A stretch of 64,000 nucleotides of DNA, taken from assembly GCA_035651775.1 (NCBI GenBank), contig DASREY010000229.1:5507-69506 (forward strand), given 5' to 3'. Below are positions 20,393 to 28,434 of this stretch, piece by piece. Numbering within the stretch: position 1 is the first letter of the stretch; each line of letters opens with the position of its first letter. The position numbers were made by a program, and so were the translations under genes. The notes beneath the pieces are model-generated. The model saw nothing but the letters and a program-made list of their open reading frames with translations. It searched no databases and had not been told where the DNA came from. Source of the DNA: Terriglobales bacterium. Lineage in GTDB: Bacteria; Acidobacteriota; Terriglobia; Terriglobales; Acidobacteriaceae.

Positions 20393-20944
20393 CTAAGATA
20401 ACGGGGCGCCTACATTCTCTTTCTTGCCTTTTCGCAATTTTCCGCCATCCGGGTCAAGCCTTGCCCGTAATGCCAGGGCGAGTTGATAGATGTCTTGTAC
20501 TTTGGCTTGCGCCGTTTTGGGAATATCGGGAGTTTCAAGCGCCAGTTGAGAGGAAAGCAGAATACCTGTGACTGTGTCTTTCACTTCGCCGCGCAGAATG
20601 CTCTCGGCGGCCTGCATGGCCTGAAACTGTTCTCTCTGATGCCTATGTAAAGCCATGCGAACTTCTCGGGTAATGCGTTCCATGCCGCTGATGGCGAAAT
20701 TGATGAACACGGGAATGGCGGTCTCCATGGAATCGAGGAACTCTTGTGCGCTGATGGGTTCGGCATCAAGCATGCCTTCATCCATGACTACAACCGTGAT
20801 CCTTCCCTGGAACTGTTCTTTTTCCCCTTCTCTTGACGGAATCTGGCGCGTGCTCTTGATCACCTGCACTTGCTCACCCGTCGCCTTCTGCACGACACTG
20901 GCGCATTCCTCTCCGCGCTCACACGTTGTCACTAATAGAATCAT
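20393..20944 (-). CDS. Hypothetical protein, REC-like N-terminus plus helical C-terminus
   Basis: ORF 20393..21157 trimmed to ATG 20944 (MILLVTTCERGEE...). The bEBP stop and the SD are merged (TGAGGAAGCGATG). The longer start would overlap the bEBP gene. Confidence 0.65.
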   Translation of the reverse strand: MILLVTTCERGEECASVVQKATGEQVQVIKSTRQIPSREGEKEQFQGRITVVVMDEGMLDAEPISAQEFLDSMETAIPVFINFAISGMERITREVRMALHRHQREQFQAMQAAESILRGEVKDTVTGILLSSQLALETPDIPKTAQAKVQDIYQLALALRARLDPDGGKLRKGKKENVGAPLS

Positions 20945-20951
20945 CGCTTCC

Positions 20952-22370
20952 TCACATTCTGATCCCGAAATCTTCCAGGTGGTACTCCCTGATCTTGCGG
21001 TAGAGGGTGGTTTTGCCCATTCCCAGTTTTTTTGCCGCTTCGAGCTTATCGCCTTTGAGCTGGCGCAATGCGTTGAGAATGGCCTCTCTTTCCAGTTGCG
21101 CGATGGGGATGATCGTGGTCTGGCGCACATCTGCCGACGCCTGGTGCCGCATAGCATTCTGCAGCGCCGTTGGCAGATCGGCCGAGTGGATGAGCGGCCC
21201 TGAGCTCATTGCGCTGGCCCGCTCCAGGCAATTCTCAAGCTCACGCACGTTGCCAGGCCAATCGTAGGCCAACATGATTTTGAGGGCTTCATCGCTGATG
21301 ATGCGTTGCGCACCTGTAAGGCGCGATAAGCGATCCAGAAAATGCCCGACCAGCAGCGGGATATCCTGCTTGCGCTCGCGCAAAGGCGGTATGCGCAGGG
21401 AAAGCACGTTCAGGCGAAAATATAGATCTTTGCGGAAGCTTCCCTGCTCGACCGCGGCCTCCAGATTCCGATTGGTGGCGGCCAGAATGCGGACATTAAT
21501 TGGAACCGGACGCGTCGCCCCTACAGGCCGAATTTCTTTCTCCTGCAACGCCCGCAGCAGTTTTACCTGCAGGTCGGTGCCTAATTCTCCGATTTCGTCG
21601 AGAAAGACCGTTCCCCCATTGGCCAGGGAAAGCAGCCCTTCCTTGGACCGCGTTGCGCCGGTAAACGCGCCTTTGACGTATCCAAACAATTCGCTTTCGA
21701 TCAAAGTTGGAACCAGCGATCCGCAATCGACAGGAATAAAAGGCTTGTCCTGGTTGGGGCCGGAGAAATGAATGGACCGCGCCACCATCTCTTTGCCTGT
21801 CCCGCTCTCGCCTTGGATCAGCACCGGATATGTACTGCTCGCCGCTTTGCAAATAAAGCGGTACAGCTTTTCCATCTCCGGCGCGCGGCCGATAATATTG
21901 CCCAGTCCTTCTTTGGATTTAATTTTCTGGCGCAACAGGCGATTTTCACTCGCCAATTTCACATGCCCCGCCACCCGTTCGAGCAACAGCTTCAGCTCAT
22001 CCAGATCGAATGGCTTGGTCACGTAGTCGTAGGCCCCATACTTCATGGCCTGCACCGCCGATTCCACGGTGGCGTTGCTGGTGATTACAATTACCTCCGC
22101 CTGTGGACGGCGACGTTTAACCTCGCGTAATAACTCAAAACCACTGCTGCCAGGAACCTTGAGGTCAATCATGACCACATCGATTCCATGGGTTTCCAGT
22201 AACTTGTACGCAGCTTCTGCGCTCTCTGAGACGAAAGTCTGATACCCAAGCGAGACGGCGGCTTCCCGGCATCCTTCCCGAACTGCGCGCTCGTCGTCAA
22301 GAATCAACAGACTTAACAGCTCAATTGGGGGGTGCTCAATACTTGAGGAAATCAGTGTATTTGCGGCCAT
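20952..22370 (-). CDS. Sigma-54-dependent response regulator (NtrC/bEBP family)
   Basis: REC domain (LILDDE..., VVMIDLKVPG), AAA+ domain (GESGTGKE, GAFTGA, RLNV), Fis-type HTH (GKTTLYRKIREY). Start trimmed to ATG 22370 (AGGA SD); the ORF track starts at TTG 22394. Confidence 0.92.
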   Translation of the reverse strand: MAANTLISSSIEHPPIELLSLLILDDERAVREGCREAAVSLGYQTFVSESAEAAYKLLETHGIDVVMIDLKVPGSSGFELLREVKRRRPQAEVIVITSNATVESAVQAMKYGAYDYVTKPFDLDELKLLLERVAGHVKLASENRLLRQKIKSKEGLGNIIGRAPEMEKLYRFICKAASSTYPVLIQGESGTGKEMVARSIHFSGPNQDKPFIPVDCGSLVPTLIESELFGYVKGAFTGATRSKEGLLSLANGGTVFLDEIGELGTDLQVKLLRALQEKEIRPVGATRPVPINVRILAATNRNLEAAVEQGSFRKDLYFRLNVLSLRIPPLRERKQDIPLLVGHFLDRLSRLTGAQRIISDEALKIMLAYDWPGNVRELENCLERASAMSSGPLIHSADLPTALQNAMRHQASADVRQTTIIPIAQLEREAILNALRQLKGDKLEAAKKLGMGKTTLYRKIREYHLEDFGIRM

Positions 22371-22675
22371 TGTTTGTTTCCTAGTGCACGTCAACTTCCC
22401 TTTGAAGGGGAAAGTTTATAACTCTTTTATTTATAGTGACTTACATATACTTCCGACGAAAGCCACTAATCCTTACTTTTATCGCTATATTCCCAAAAGG
22501 GGAAAGTTCGCTACTTATACAACGGATTTTAGTGCAATATGCTATTTATTTTCAATATTTTATTGAAATCTTCTCATTATGAAACCAAGTCTCATTTCGG
22601 GAAAGTTGTTCGCTTCTCCGACCGGACTATCGAGACAGCATTAACTTGTTTATTTTCTTTAGTTTGAAGAGATTC

Positions 22676-23371
22676 TTAGCCGTGGGTTACCAAAGGTTGG
22701 GTCAAACGAAAGGTCACGTGGCGCTCCACCTCTATGACGACATCTTTTTTTCTCGTGGTGAGGGCGGCGCCCGTACCAGGGCCTGCTCCCGCAGCGCCGC
22801 CAATCAGCGCCCCTTTACCATCACTTGCTAATGCGCCGCTTGAGGCGCCAGCGCCAATTAATGCCCAGTTAGGCTTTTTATAGGAAGCGCCTTGCACAAA
22901 AAAACTGGAGGTGGACAAAGATACCGGCTGTCCGTTCAGGTCGAGAGACACCAGGGTGATCCGCAGATATCCCAGCTCATGCAATTTGCCAGAGTGGCGT
23001 ACCGCCACAACCTGGCCGATCACATTGGCTCCGCTGGGAGCTATGATTTTTCCATCAATCGCGAGCGGCTCCTGCAACATTGCTTCAAAATGTTCGCCAG
23101 GTGAAGCCGTCGCGCTCGAGAGCGGACTTCGCATACAGACCTCCAACTCCGTTCCTGCCGGTACGGTTATTTCAGGAGTTGAACTTGGAGTCGGATTCGC
23201 GGGACTGTTCGTCGAATCGTTATGGTGAAATGGAAGAAGCTCGGCCTGCTCCTCATTGGGAGCCGCCGCCTGCGCGGAGCCGGTCTGGCGCGAACGACTA
23301 AGATTTAGCGCCAACAAAGCCACGGCCAACAAAGCGGCCAAAACCGGCACGAACTGAAGCTTTAACCTCAT
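22676..23371 (-). CDS. Secreted protein with C-terminal glycine-zipper segment
   Basis: 231 aa; signal-like MRLKLQFVPVLAALLAVALLAL, ITVPAGTELEV beta-rich core, GAGASSGALASDGKGALIGGAAGAGPGTG. Paralog of 54467..55336. Confidence 0.75.
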   Translation of the reverse strand: MRLKLQFVPVLAALLAVALLALNLSRSRQTGSAQAAAPNEEQAELLPFHHNDSTNSPANPTPSSTPEITVPAGTELEVCMRSPLSSATASPGEHFEAMLQEPLAIDGKIIAPSGANVIGQVVAVRHSGKLHELGYLRITLVSLDLNGQPVSLSTSSFFVQGASYKKPNWALIGAGASSGALASDGKGALIGGAAGAGPGTGAALTTRKKDVVIEVERHVTFRLTQPLVTHG

Positions 23372-23423
23372 CAGAAATCAAATATTCCAGAAGCTGGCAA
23401 ACCAAGGGGTTTTGAAGTTGAAA

Positions 23424-23440
23424 TTGCATTTGGAGGGCCA
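23424..23440 (-). promoter_or_regulatory. Candidate sigma-54 (-24/-12) promoter
   Basis: Minus strand TGGCCC-TCCAA-ATGCA has GG and GC separated by exactly 10 nt (consensus TGGCAC-N5-TTGCA). It lies 53 nt upstream of the ATG at 23371, and a bEBP gene is next door. Confidence 0.45.
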
Positions 23441-23678
23441 TGATAAGTCATTGCTTATCAATAGGTTACAAGAAGCCTGGCAGGCTTTGTGATGTAATTT
23501 TTGCCGAAGATGAGGAAACTTTCTGTTGTGCCGCAATGCTATAAGCTGGCCGCAAAGCGGAAGGTGTATCCGGAAGACATTATTTCCGCAGCCTCGTTAA
23601 GCAGTCGGGTGCTCCGGAAGAATCGAACCAAAAACTGGCCTGGCTTTCTCAAACTAGAACCAGAAGCTCGAAACTGCT

Positions 23679-25610
23679 TCACCTCGCTTTTCCGTACTTC
23701 TTCAACGTGATCGCCGCGAAAGCGGCATTCTCGCTATCGGTCAGCGCGCTATCCTGGTGCTTAAGGTATCTGTCAAAAAAAGCGACCGTATACGTTTCGA
23801 TGGGTTCAAGAGCGTGTGACGCCCGGTTGAAATCTTCCTGTCTTTCAGCTTCGAGCAGCGGCCAGTCTGTAAAGCTGTAATGCGTGGTCCCTGCATCGTT
23901 AATCATCAGATGATAGCTGCCGCTGGGACAAGCTTGTAACTCTTGCTCCTGCTCTTTGGCAGCGAGTCCCATCCCTGAATCATGATGTTTGATCTTATAC
24001 GAAGTGAGTATGGAATCGATGGTGGGAGGTAGCTGCGAAGCTTCGATCCACATAAAAGGCTGCCGGGGCAGGCTGGCGCCCTCATAAGGAAAAACCGGCC
24101 CATCGGGGCCAACTCCATCGGCATTAAGGCATGCTCTGATTCGCGCGTCCAATTGGCATGCTCTAGCTGCGGCCCGTCCGCCGATTGAGTGTCCCCAAAC
24201 TCCAATATTGTGCAAATCAACCCGGCCGGCAAACGGGGCGGTTGCTGCTGGCATGTTGTTTAAAGCGGTGATCTGATCAATTACAAAGCGAATATCGGCG
24301 GCATGCTGCTCCACCTGGGGCATTCCCAAAGTGTGCATCCGGTTAAGATATCCGTCCCAGGATTCGCCCGGCAAAGGTCTGCGTGTGCCCAGCGCCTCGA
24401 TGGTCGGGCGGATTACGCGGCCATCAGGAAGCGCCACTGTGCTCTCATAGAGCGGTTCGATGGAAGCCACAACGTACCCATGACTGGTGACTTCCTGTAT
24501 CAACGAGGTGTAGCTGGTGCCCGAAAGATTCAATCCTGGAGAAAAAATGAGCAAGGGAAAGCGTTCGCTGCCCAAGGCCACCGGGCTGCGTTCGTATGTG
24601 TCTGTAAGCACCCTTCCGGTGAACACGCGATGCCACGCGCTTCCCCACTCGTCCTGCAGCTCGGTGGGCGACAATTTTTTTGCAATAAGATCAGCGTGTG
24701 GCAGGTACTCTGCCACACTGCTCTGCGATGGCCTGTGGCTGATGGGATACCAGACATATACCATCAGTTCGTGCGTGGCATCAGGACGCTTCGCCGAAGA
24801 TACAAAACCATTACCCCGTACCCAGTCATAAGCGACCCTCGCCACTCCATATCTTCCGGAAGGGTGCGGCAGTTGGATCCTGATGTTAGCAGGCGGTTGC
24901 GCAGTCCCAGGAATACCCGCGGCACTACTATGCTGTGAATTCACCGCCTGGGCAACGGGTTCACCGCCGCCTTGGCCATGCGCATTCGTACTGCCACGAG
25001 GTTGCCGCGTTGCCCATTCGGAAGGCTTGCCAAGCGCAAACAGAAATTTGGACCAGACTGTGTGCACTCCCTGGTTTTCGGGACCTAATGTCGTCTCTGC
25101 TTTCGACCGGCGCGACGCCTCGGCTTTCATATTCGCTGCGCCGCCATATGAAGTGCGCGAGCTTTGAGAGTTGGAAACACTGGAGTTGCTACCAGCTTCA
25201 ATGCCGCTGTGCCGGGCGCGCAAAGCTTCGTGTATGCCATAGTTAAACGTGATGCAGAATAGCGTGAAAGTTGCTACCGACAATAACACTCCGTAGATCA
25301 GCGCTCCCCCGCGCGGCTTGTAGTTTTCAAAGCTATGGAAGTGGGGAATGCCATCTTCGGCCGCTCGCGCCGGTTGCTCCCAGAAATCTGGACGTAATAT
25401 CCACTGTCTTCCCAACGAGATGACGCAATCTGCCAGCAGTTGGAGGGCTGCCAGTTTGCCATGAGGCGCAGTTCCATCAGGCGTGGCTGTACTTTCCGCG
25501 GTTCTATCTGCCGCGGTTGCATCAAAGATTGACAGCATTTCATCCCCAAAACGCTGTCTGAAGTAGGGTGGGTGCATGCGAAGCAAAAAGCAGTACCAGC
25601 GTCGAAGCAT
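23679..25610 (-). CDS. PadR-coupled membrane-anchored alpha/beta hydrolase (PAF-acetylhydrolase-like C-terminus)
   Basis: 643 aa; N-terminus LRMHPPYFRQRFGDEMLSIFD (permease-prefix-like), one TM segment (GALIYGVLLSVATFTLFCITF), C-terminal GVWGHSIGG nucleophile elbow. 1-nt overlap with the padR stop. Confidence 0.8.
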   Translation of the reverse strand: MLRRWYCFLLRMHPPYFRQRFGDEMLSIFDATAADRTAESTATPDGTAPHGKLAALQLLADCVISLGRQWILRPDFWEQPARAAEDGIPHFHSFENYKPRGGALIYGVLLSVATFTLFCITFNYGIHEALRARHSGIEAGSNSSVSNSQSSRTSYGGAANMKAEASRRSKAETTLGPENQGVHTVWSKFLFALGKPSEWATRQPRGSTNAHGQGGGEPVAQAVNSQHSSAAGIPGTAQPPANIRIQLPHPSGRYGVARVAYDWVRGNGFVSSAKRPDATHELMVYVWYPISHRPSQSSVAEYLPHADLIAKKLSPTELQDEWGSAWHRVFTGRVLTDTYERSPVALGSERFPLLIFSPGLNLSGTSYTSLIQEVTSHGYVVASIEPLYESTVALPDGRVIRPTIEALGTRRPLPGESWDGYLNRMHTLGMPQVEQHAADIRFVIDQITALNNMPAATAPFAGRVDLHNIGVWGHSIGGRAAARACQLDARIRACLNADGVGPDGPVFPYEGASLPRQPFMWIEASQLPPTIDSILTSYKIKHHDSGMGLAAKEQEQELQACPSGSYHLMINDAGTTHYSFTDWPLLEAERQEDFNRASHALEPIETYTVAFFDRYLKHQDSALTDSENAAFAAITLKKYGKAR

Positions 25611-25969
25611 TATGCCCTCCTTGGTCTCACTGCCTGCAGGCGCGATTTCGCCTCCCGGACTACTCCCTCCAGCCGCGAAGTCTCAGCAGAAAGAACGGCC
25701 CTTCCCGCTGAACTCAGCCGGTAGTAACGCCGCCGCGAATCTTCATCGCCGGGCCTCTGGCCAATCTCTTGCACCAATCCACGCTCAATCAGCTTTTGCA
25801 GGTTGTCATAGAGTGTGCCCGGCCCCATCTTGTAGCGCCCTTCAGACTGGCGCGAGACCTCTTGCATGATGCCGTAGCCGTGCAAATCTTCGCCGGCCAG
25901 AGAAAGCAGAATATGCAGCGTTGCCGGCGATAAAGGAAGAAATTCGTCGTAATCCAGGTTGTCCTTCAT
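25610..25969 (-). CDS. PadR-family transcriptional regulator
   Basis: 119 aa; winged-HTH pattern HILLSLAGEDLHGYGIMQEV...GPGTLYDNLQKLIERGLV. Confidence 0.92.
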   Translation of the reverse strand: MKDNLDYDEFLPLSPATLHILLSLAGEDLHGYGIMQEVSRQSEGRYKMGPGTLYDNLQKLIERGLVQEIGQRPGDEDSRRRYYRLSSAGRAVLSAETSRLEGVVREAKSRLQAVRPRRA

Positions 25970-26082
25970 ACTCGGAGGTCGTTATATCGCTTTCCGAGCT
26001 AGTTGTCAAGGGCCGGGTGACGGCAATTTATGCCGCAGGGGGAGCCCGGTGTGGGCCGCACGAATACATCAACTTTAGGGAT

Positions 26083-27135
26083 TTAATTCCTGACATCCGC
26101 CAGCAACTTCTCTACTTCCTGCTTGACGTCAGCCGTAACCGGCAATAGCGGCAGCCGGGGAGGCCCGCCGTAATATCCATTCAGGTCGAGTCCGTACTTG
26201 ATGCCGGGAACTCCGAGTTGCCCTACGATCCTTTGCGAAGCGGCGGCAATGCGTTGCTGCTTCTCTTCCGCCAGCTTGGGGTCGCGGTCTTTCCATGCCG
26301 TATAAACCTCAAAGCACGCCGTGGGAGCAATGCAGGCGAAAGCAATCAGCGCGCCGGCGGCGCCTTTCTCGAAGGCATGCAGCGCGTGATGCGCCGAGCC
26401 GCACAGCACCTGGAAGCCCGCGTTTTTAGTTCGGGTCTTGAGCTTTGGCTTGGCCGCAATTGCGGTAGCCGTGCTGCCAGCCAACGACTCAACCGGCACC
26501 ACATTTTCAGCTTTTTCTGAATTGGCCTCCGCCAGCATGCGGGCCGTCACCGCCGTAAAGACTTCGGTCACCGGAACTTCGTATTGCACATGGCGCGTGC
26601 TCTCGACCAGGCGCTCGATTTTTTCCAGGCTGCCGCCCGATTCCTTGATGCCGATGATCCGAGGATGCTCCGCCAGTTCGGCCACGATCTCTACCGGCAT
26701 ATCGTAGCCGGTGAACACCGGAGAGTTATAGATCACCACCGGCAAAGGCGAGCGATCGGCCACAAAGCGATAGAAAGCCAGAATGTTTTCCGGCTTCATC
26801 TGCGGCTTGTAATAATGCGGCGGACGCAACAGGGCGGCGTCATAGCTAAGCGATGCTGCATATTCGGTGAGCTCAAGGGTGGCGATTGCCGATTCCGCGC
26901 TCGTGCCCGCCAGAAGCACCGTATGACTGGCAGCCGTATTGCGCGCCTCGCGCAACACTTCGCGCCGCTCCTGGTCAGAGAGCATGATGGCCTCGCCCGT
27001 TGAACCCAGCACTGCAATGCCGGAAATCGGCGTGCGCGAGTAGCGGTCTACGTTGTGCTCAATCTTGCGAAAATAGATTTTTCCATCCGGATAGAACGGT
27101 GTGGTGATCGCGGCAAAGATTCCATTCAGCAGCAT
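26083..27135 (-). CDS. Dihydrodipicolinate synthase/N-acetylneuraminate lyase family protein with an internal insertion
   Basis: 350 aa; GSTGE, IYNSP and IGIKES (Schiff-base Lys) motifs. About 55 extra residues between the IGIKES region and FQVLCGS relative to E. coli DapA recalled from memory. Confidence 0.85.
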   Translation of the reverse strand: MLLNGIFAAITTPFYPDGKIYFRKIEHNVDRYSRTPISGIAVLGSTGEAIMLSDQERREVLREARNTAASHTVLLAGTSAESAIATLELTEYAASLSYDAALLRPPHYYKPQMKPENILAFYRFVADRSPLPVVIYNSPVFTGYDMPVEIVAELAEHPRIIGIKESGGSLEKIERLVESTRHVQYEVPVTEVFTAVTARMLAEANSEKAENVVPVESLAGSTATAIAAKPKLKTRTKNAGFQVLCGSAHHALHAFEKGAAGALIAFACIAPTACFEVYTAWKDRDPKLAEEKQQRIAAASQRIVGQLGVPGIKYGLDLNGYYGGPPRLPLLPVTADVKQEVEKLLADVRN

Positions 27136-27177
27136 AGTTAGCAGTGTCTGTTGCCAGTTTACTTTAATTTAGGATTT

Positions 27178-27241
27178 TCGATTTACGAATTACGATTTGG
27201 GGATTTTTCTTTTCAATCGAAAATCGTAATTCTTAAATCGA
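27178..27241. repeat. Inverted pair of CGATTTA-type heptamer arrays (long hairpin)
   Basis: tcgatttacgaattacgattt (27178-27198) versus aaatcgtaattcttaaatcga (27221-27241): 20/21 complementary, 22-nt loop. Confidence 0.9.
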
Positions 27242-27246
27242 AATTA

Positions 27247-28410
27247 CTATACCCAGATTTGCCCCAATGCCCGGGCAAAATTTCCGCCGAGAATTTTTTC
27301 AATATCGGCGTCGGAATACTTACGGCGGATGAGTCCCTCCGTCAAGTCAAACATGCGCTTGGGGTGATCGAGGCCGTCAATCTCTCCGCGAAAAGTCTTG
27401 TCGGTCTTGAAGCCGGTCAGCATCTTGCGCTTGAGCGCAGGCGGCAGCTTGTCGTAGCCATCGAGATCAATATCACTGCCTACTCCGACGTGCTCCACGC
27501 CGACAAGCCTGGTTACATGATCGAAGTGGTCAAGCACATTTTCGATTGTGACCGGTTCGCTCGAGCGCACAAACTGGCGAACTCCGGTGATGCCAATCAC
27601 GCCGCCGGTAGCAGCCATTTTCCTGATAGCATCATCAGTCTTGTTGCGTGGATGCGGACTCAGCGCGCGACAGTTGGCATGGGTGAACAGCACAGGACGC
27701 GTGGAAAGCTTGCAGGTATCTGCCGTGGTGCGCGGTCCGCAGTGCGAGAGATCAATGGCCATGCCGGTGCTGTTCATGCTGGCAACAACGTCAATGCCAT
27801 AGGGGGTGAGTCCCGTATCGACATCTACGTATCCGCTGCCAATAGCGTTGCGCATGTTATAGGTAAGCTGCGAGACACGCTGTCCTAGAGCATAAAATTC
27901 GCGGATGTCCTCGGTTTTGCGGAAGTGGTCGGCGCCCTGAAATCCTAAAATGATGCCGATCTTATTCTCCCGTTTCAAGCGAATGAAGTCATCTGCTCGC
28001 GTCACCCGCAAAAAGTCGCGGTTGAAATGTCCGATGAAGCCATCCCACGCCTCCAAGACTCTCTTGGCGTCTTCATAGGGCTGAATTCGTCCTGTACCCC
28101 ATCCGATGTGAAAGACGTTGATAGAAGATTCCTTGTAGCGCGCAAGATCGGCCGGTGTAAACGTCTCCGGATGCGACCACCATGTGACTGTAGGCTTGTT
28201 AGCATCGGGGATCACATCGGGAAACGCGCCCAGCTTGAATTGGCTGAGCATGTCAATGACTAAAGAACGGTGAACCAGGTCAACGCATCGCGCGGAATAA
28301 CTTTCGGTTGTATCGGCAAAAAGCTCAAAGCAGCCCCGATTAACGAAAGGAGCGGCAACAATTCCCGCTCCGAATGCCGCAGCGGTCTTGAGCAACGCCC
28401 GTCGGTTCAT
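27247..28410 (-). CDS. Membrane dipeptidase (peptidase M19) with Tat-like signal
   Basis: 387 aa; MNRRALLKTAAAFGAG N-terminus. M19-like blocks (VIDMLSQ, INVFHIGWG, DLSHCG, FTHANCRAL, GSDIDLDG). Confidence 0.88.
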   Translation of the reverse strand: MNRRALLKTAAAFGAGIVAAPFVNRGCFELFADTTESYSARCVDLVHRSLVIDMLSQFKLGAFPDVIPDANKPTVTWWSHPETFTPADLARYKESSINVFHIGWGTGRIQPYEDAKRVLEAWDGFIGHFNRDFLRVTRADDFIRLKRENKIGIILGFQGADHFRKTEDIREFYALGQRVSQLTYNMRNAIGSGYVDVDTGLTPYGIDVVASMNSTGMAIDLSHCGPRTTADTCKLSTRPVLFTHANCRALSPHPRNKTDDAIRKMAATGGVIGITGVRQFVRSSEPVTIENVLDHFDHVTRLVGVEHVGVGSDIDLDGYDKLPPALKRKMLTGFKTDKTFRGEIDGLDHPKRMFDLTEGLIRRKYSDADIEKILGGNFARALGQIWV

Positions 28411-28434
28411 CCCTGATCGTCCTTCGGAATACGA

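Noticed and set aside
20945-21157. Upstream extension of the 254-aa ORF
   Set aside because: Overlaps the 3' end of the bEBP gene out of frame. The internal ATG 20944 has an SD and stop-start coupling.
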